Assembly (NCBI RefSeq): GCF_009914755.1 | Contig: NC_060943.1 | Strand: one strand, 5' to 3' | From: the human T2T-CHM13v2.0 reference genome, Homo sapiens | Length of the DNA: 64,000 bases | Translations under genes and position numbers: made by a program | Notes under the pieces: model-generated | The model's database searches: none | What the model was told of the DNA's origin: nothing | The model's input: the letters and a program-made list of their open reading frames with translations, nothing else | In this document: one piece after another, positions 46,842-64,000 of the stretch | Layout of the letters: every line of letters starts with the position of its first letter | How positions within the stretch are numbered: position 1 is the first letter of the stretch

Positions 46842-47324
46842 CTGGGGATACCGGGTGTAGCAGAGCCGTGAGGGGGGCTCTCTCCATCCTCATGTGCCCA
46901 AGCCCAGGCAGAAGATGGCAAGGGCTCCAGAAAACGGCCGGTGTATGGAGGACACCCTTATCCCATCAGGAGCCCCAGTATTAATTGGTGGTGCCCCCAG
47001 CAGAGGGCAGCCTGTGACCTTGAAATCCTGGGCGTTTCAGAGGAGGGGCTCAGAGGGTTGCCGATGGGGACACCCCAGCAGCCCCCTTCAAGGGGCAGGT
47101 GCTCCAGGTGGGGCTGTAACCCTAAACCCAGGGCTGAGCCCGGAGGGGGTGACTGCGGCTGGCTCCGCCCCCCATCAATCTTTCATGGTCCTCAGAACCC
47201 GGCCGCGCGGCCCCACGTGCACCGCGTGCATGGTCCCTCGAGGACGCGCATCTGCAGCCCCCGCTCCCCGCAAACCTCCAGGCCGGAGAGCTCCGGCCAA
47301 GGCCGCTGCATCACATGATACAGG

Positions 47325-47750
47325 AGGGGCATGCACACGCTCACGTGCACACAGCCTCAAACACGCTCATCCGTACATACAGGAGTGTGTGAACGCACTG
47401 AGGTGCACAGGACAAAGACACAGACACCTGTTTGCACACCGACTCGCCTATAGAAATGTGCAAACCACCCGTGCGCACAGGCCCCTCCACCCATGCAGGC
47501 GTGTGCACATCACCCACACGGACACGGATCCCCGTGCTTGTATGCACGGGCCATACCTGCACAGGCGGTCCACACGTCTTTCTCCACGCGCGTGCAACGC
47601 TCACACACTTAGGCCCAGACCCCCACGGCGTCACACGAGCATATCCAGGTACACAAGCAAGGGTGCACACAGACCCGCTGACACAGGCAGGCGCGCACAC
47701 GCGTGTGCACACCACGCGCACGCGCACGCAAAAGCCTCCCGCGCGCACAG
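47325..47750. repeat. Low-complexity CA/TG-rich alternating purine-pyrimidine region in RAB3A intron 1
   Basis: cacacg/gcgcgcacacgcgtgtgcacac repeats. Confidence 0.8.
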
Positions 47751-47996
47751 CTTCCCGCAAGGAGCTCGGCTCCCCTCCCCCTCCGCCGCAGAGCAGGGGG
47801 GTTGGGGGGGTTAGTGGTGAGGATCAGGCAGGAGTGGGGCGCCCGGGCCCTACCCATTCCCAGCCTCGCGACCGCCGCATCCTTCCCCCCATTCAACCCT
47901 AGTCAACCTCGTCCCCCACCTCCATCAGCCCATCAGTCAAATGAAGGTTATGCAGGTGCTCGGAGCCTGAGCACACCCGGCCGCCCAGGAGCTCAC

Positions 47997-48140
47997 CTTG
48001 CCCTGCACCGATGCAACGGCGACCCTAGCGGCGGTGACTTTTTTGGCGGTGGCGGTGACAGGACCCCGGTGCGTTGATGTGGGGCTGCGCGGCGGCGGCG
48101 GCAGCAGCGGCTCAGGCCCCTGCAGTCCTCCGTGACGTCC
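47997..48140 (-). other. RAB3A: RAB3A non-coding exon 1 (TSS approximate)
   Basis: Donor AAG|GTGAGC at 47997/47996 in a CpG island; splices directly onto the ATG of exon 2. Confidence 0.75.
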
Positions 48141-48480
48141 TGCAAAGGGAGGGGCGGAGCCTCACATGTAGATAAGTCCGTGACGCCATCCGGAGGCGGA
48201 GCCGCGCTTAGAGATGTGGCCCATTGACGCACGCAGAGCCAGATGGGGCAGGGCTCCTGAGCAGATTGACGTGCAAATGGGGCGGGGCCTAGCGTGTGCA
48301 TCCAGTAGGGGCGGGAGCGGCGCGGGGGCCGACTCCGCCTCTCGTCCGCCTCCTGTCCGCCTCGGGGAGGCGGGGCCCCTCAGCGTTCTCTCACTGGCTT
48401 AAGCTCTCGAGCGACGGGCGAAGTAGCCAATCAGAGATTGTCTACGCCCTCCTCTTGTCCAATGGTGGCATCTGGGAGAT
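48120..48480 (-). promoter_or_regulatory. RAB3A promoter: four TGACG half-CREs (48133, 48181, 48225, 48267), GC boxes, CCAAT boxes
   Basis: Motifs read directly within a CpG island. Confidence 0.7.
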
Positions 48481-49929
48481 TGAAGGACCGAGAGGCTGAG
48501 GCCTTGGCTGAGCCCCGGTCTTCGAGGGGCGGTTCCCTTACCCGCCCGCACCCACCCCAGGTAGGGGACTCTTCAGGCCACCGTCTAGTCCAAGGTGCTG
48601 TGACCCCTGTTAAATGCCCCTGACTCCCAATTGCAGAAAAGAAAAATCGAGGCCCAAGAGATGTTTTATACCCTCACATATATGGGGTTCAAAATAAATA
48701 CCAAAGAATAAACAGGAGTCAAGAGGGACCCCTGTCCCATTCCCGAGGCGTAAGACCCCCCCACTGAGGGAGGGGCTAGTAAAGACTCCACCCCTCCCCC
48801 GTTTCTGAGGTTTGAAAAGAAAGAAGTAGAGGTCAAGAGAGCCTCCCCTCCCCACCATTCCCAGAAAAGGAGGAAGGGGCTGATGGACTCTCTGGGAACC
48901 CCCTCCCCTCCCTGCGCCCCGTCATCAAGAAGAAAATTCGAAGAAAAGGTTTAGCAGGGACAGAGAAGCGACCTGTCCCGGAAACCCCTTAAAGCCTGCG
49001 GTAAATGCCCCGGGAAACAGGGAGGGCACGAGCCGAAGCCTCCAGCTCTTCAAAGCTCGGATTCAAAGACCCGGGGGCTGGGAGACCCCCTCCCTCCATC
49101 CTGGGAAAGCAAAACTCAGAGAATGGAGCCTTTTGGGAGCTAAGATGGTCCATCTTTTATTCCTCCAAATCTTTAGGGAAGGAAGTCAGAATTTGGGGAG
49201 GGAGGAGGAGCCCGAAACCCCAGCCCCCACTTTGGGTCTCCTGCTCCCCCTACTCCAGCTTTCAAACCCTCCAGGGGTGTGTGGCCCCCAGGAGAGTCCT
49301 GATCCCCTAGATTCTCCCCCCACCCCTCCCAGTAGGCGGGGCTGGAGCGTGTGTGTGTGGCGGGGGGTGACTCGTCCTGTTTATAAAAAGCTCGCCAGCT
49401 GCGGAGGCGCCGAGAGACCAGAATAACTTAGCGCCTCGAGGCCCAGCCGCCGCCAACCCAGTCCCCAGCCCGCCCCCAGTGCCCTGGGAGTACTGGGACG
49501 CCCACCCCCACGTCCCCGCACCGTTTACATTTGGGAAATTTATTTTTTCTTTTTAGGGTAACATGTTTGCTCCCTCCTCCCCCACTCGGACTATAGAAGT
49601 ATCACCAATCCACTGCAGAGAAATTGGGAAAATTCAGAAAAACAAAAAATAAAAAGAAATCCACCTCCCATTCTCCCTGCCCTCCGCGCCCACGCGGTAG
49701 TCCGTGCTCTGTGGGGGGCTCCAGGGCAGCTGGTCCAGGCCCTGGCCTGCCGCCTCCTTGGAGGGGAGGTTTTTCGGTTGCTCAGCTCCCTGATCGCCCA
49801 AAGGCACGCTTCCTACATGGGTGGCTCTCTCGGAAATACCTCCTGCCTTTTTTCCCCAGGAAGAGAAAAGTGAGCCACGAGAATGTGCGGAAGCTTCCGT
49901 CACTGACTTAGTATTTTAACGTAAAAATA

Positions 49930-52000
<2,071 letters not shown>

Positions 52001-52059
52001 ATCTTATAACAGATGGAGAAAAACTAGAGGGAAATAAGTCAAAATACTGCAGATAATCC

Positions 52060-63932
<11,873 letters not shown>

Positions 63933-64000
63933 GATCCTGTCTTGCCTGTAGCTGCCTACCCCTCTCCTCTGTTCACAGCTGATCTCAGTAAACCCTTCTG

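Noticed and set aside
46894-47814. 306-aa His/Arg-rich ORF antisense to RAB3A intron 1
   Set aside because: Non-ATG start; low-complexity CA/GC-rich DNA is depleted of stops in several frames at once.
48582-48602. RE1/REST-like GTCCAAGGTGCTG upstream of RAB3A (and a similar one at ~13423-13443)
   Set aside because: Only ~12/21 match to the consensus; too weak without ChIP data.

Overview
Human (or very close primate) genomic DNA, recognisable from its proteins as the GC- and Alu-rich chr19p13.11 cluster. In order: PIK3R2 (+; starts at codon 8, 15 coding exons to the stop at 13426), IFI30/GILT (+; 7 exons, 250 aa), about 14 kb of nested Alu/ERV1-LTR/L1/MER58 sequence, MPV17L2 (+; 5 exons, 206 aa), RAB3A (-; 220 aa, tail-to-tail with MPV17L2), and the last 8 coding exons plus long 3'UTR of PDE4C (-). 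I checked all exon boundaries for GT-AG and phase. Several missense alleles differ from the protein sequences I recall (PIK3R2 R234/P313, IFI30 Q76, MPV17L2 V72). I see no wholly new multi-gene system, and most ORF-track entries are Alu or GC-rich noise. Best leads: (1) a local duplicate of the PDE4C terminal-exon acceptor in an upstream intron that could act as a poison or alternative exon; (2) IFI30 exons 2-4, tightly flanked by inverted Alus, whose 351-nt circle is a stop-free infinite ORF containing the CXXC site; (3) a TATA/ATG/GTAAGT antisense first-exon-like unit inside the PDE4C 3'UTR; (4) a GAS+ISRE pair in IFI30 intron 1; (5) Alu-borne AATAAA signals upstream of the miR-126 site in the PIK3R2 3'UTR.
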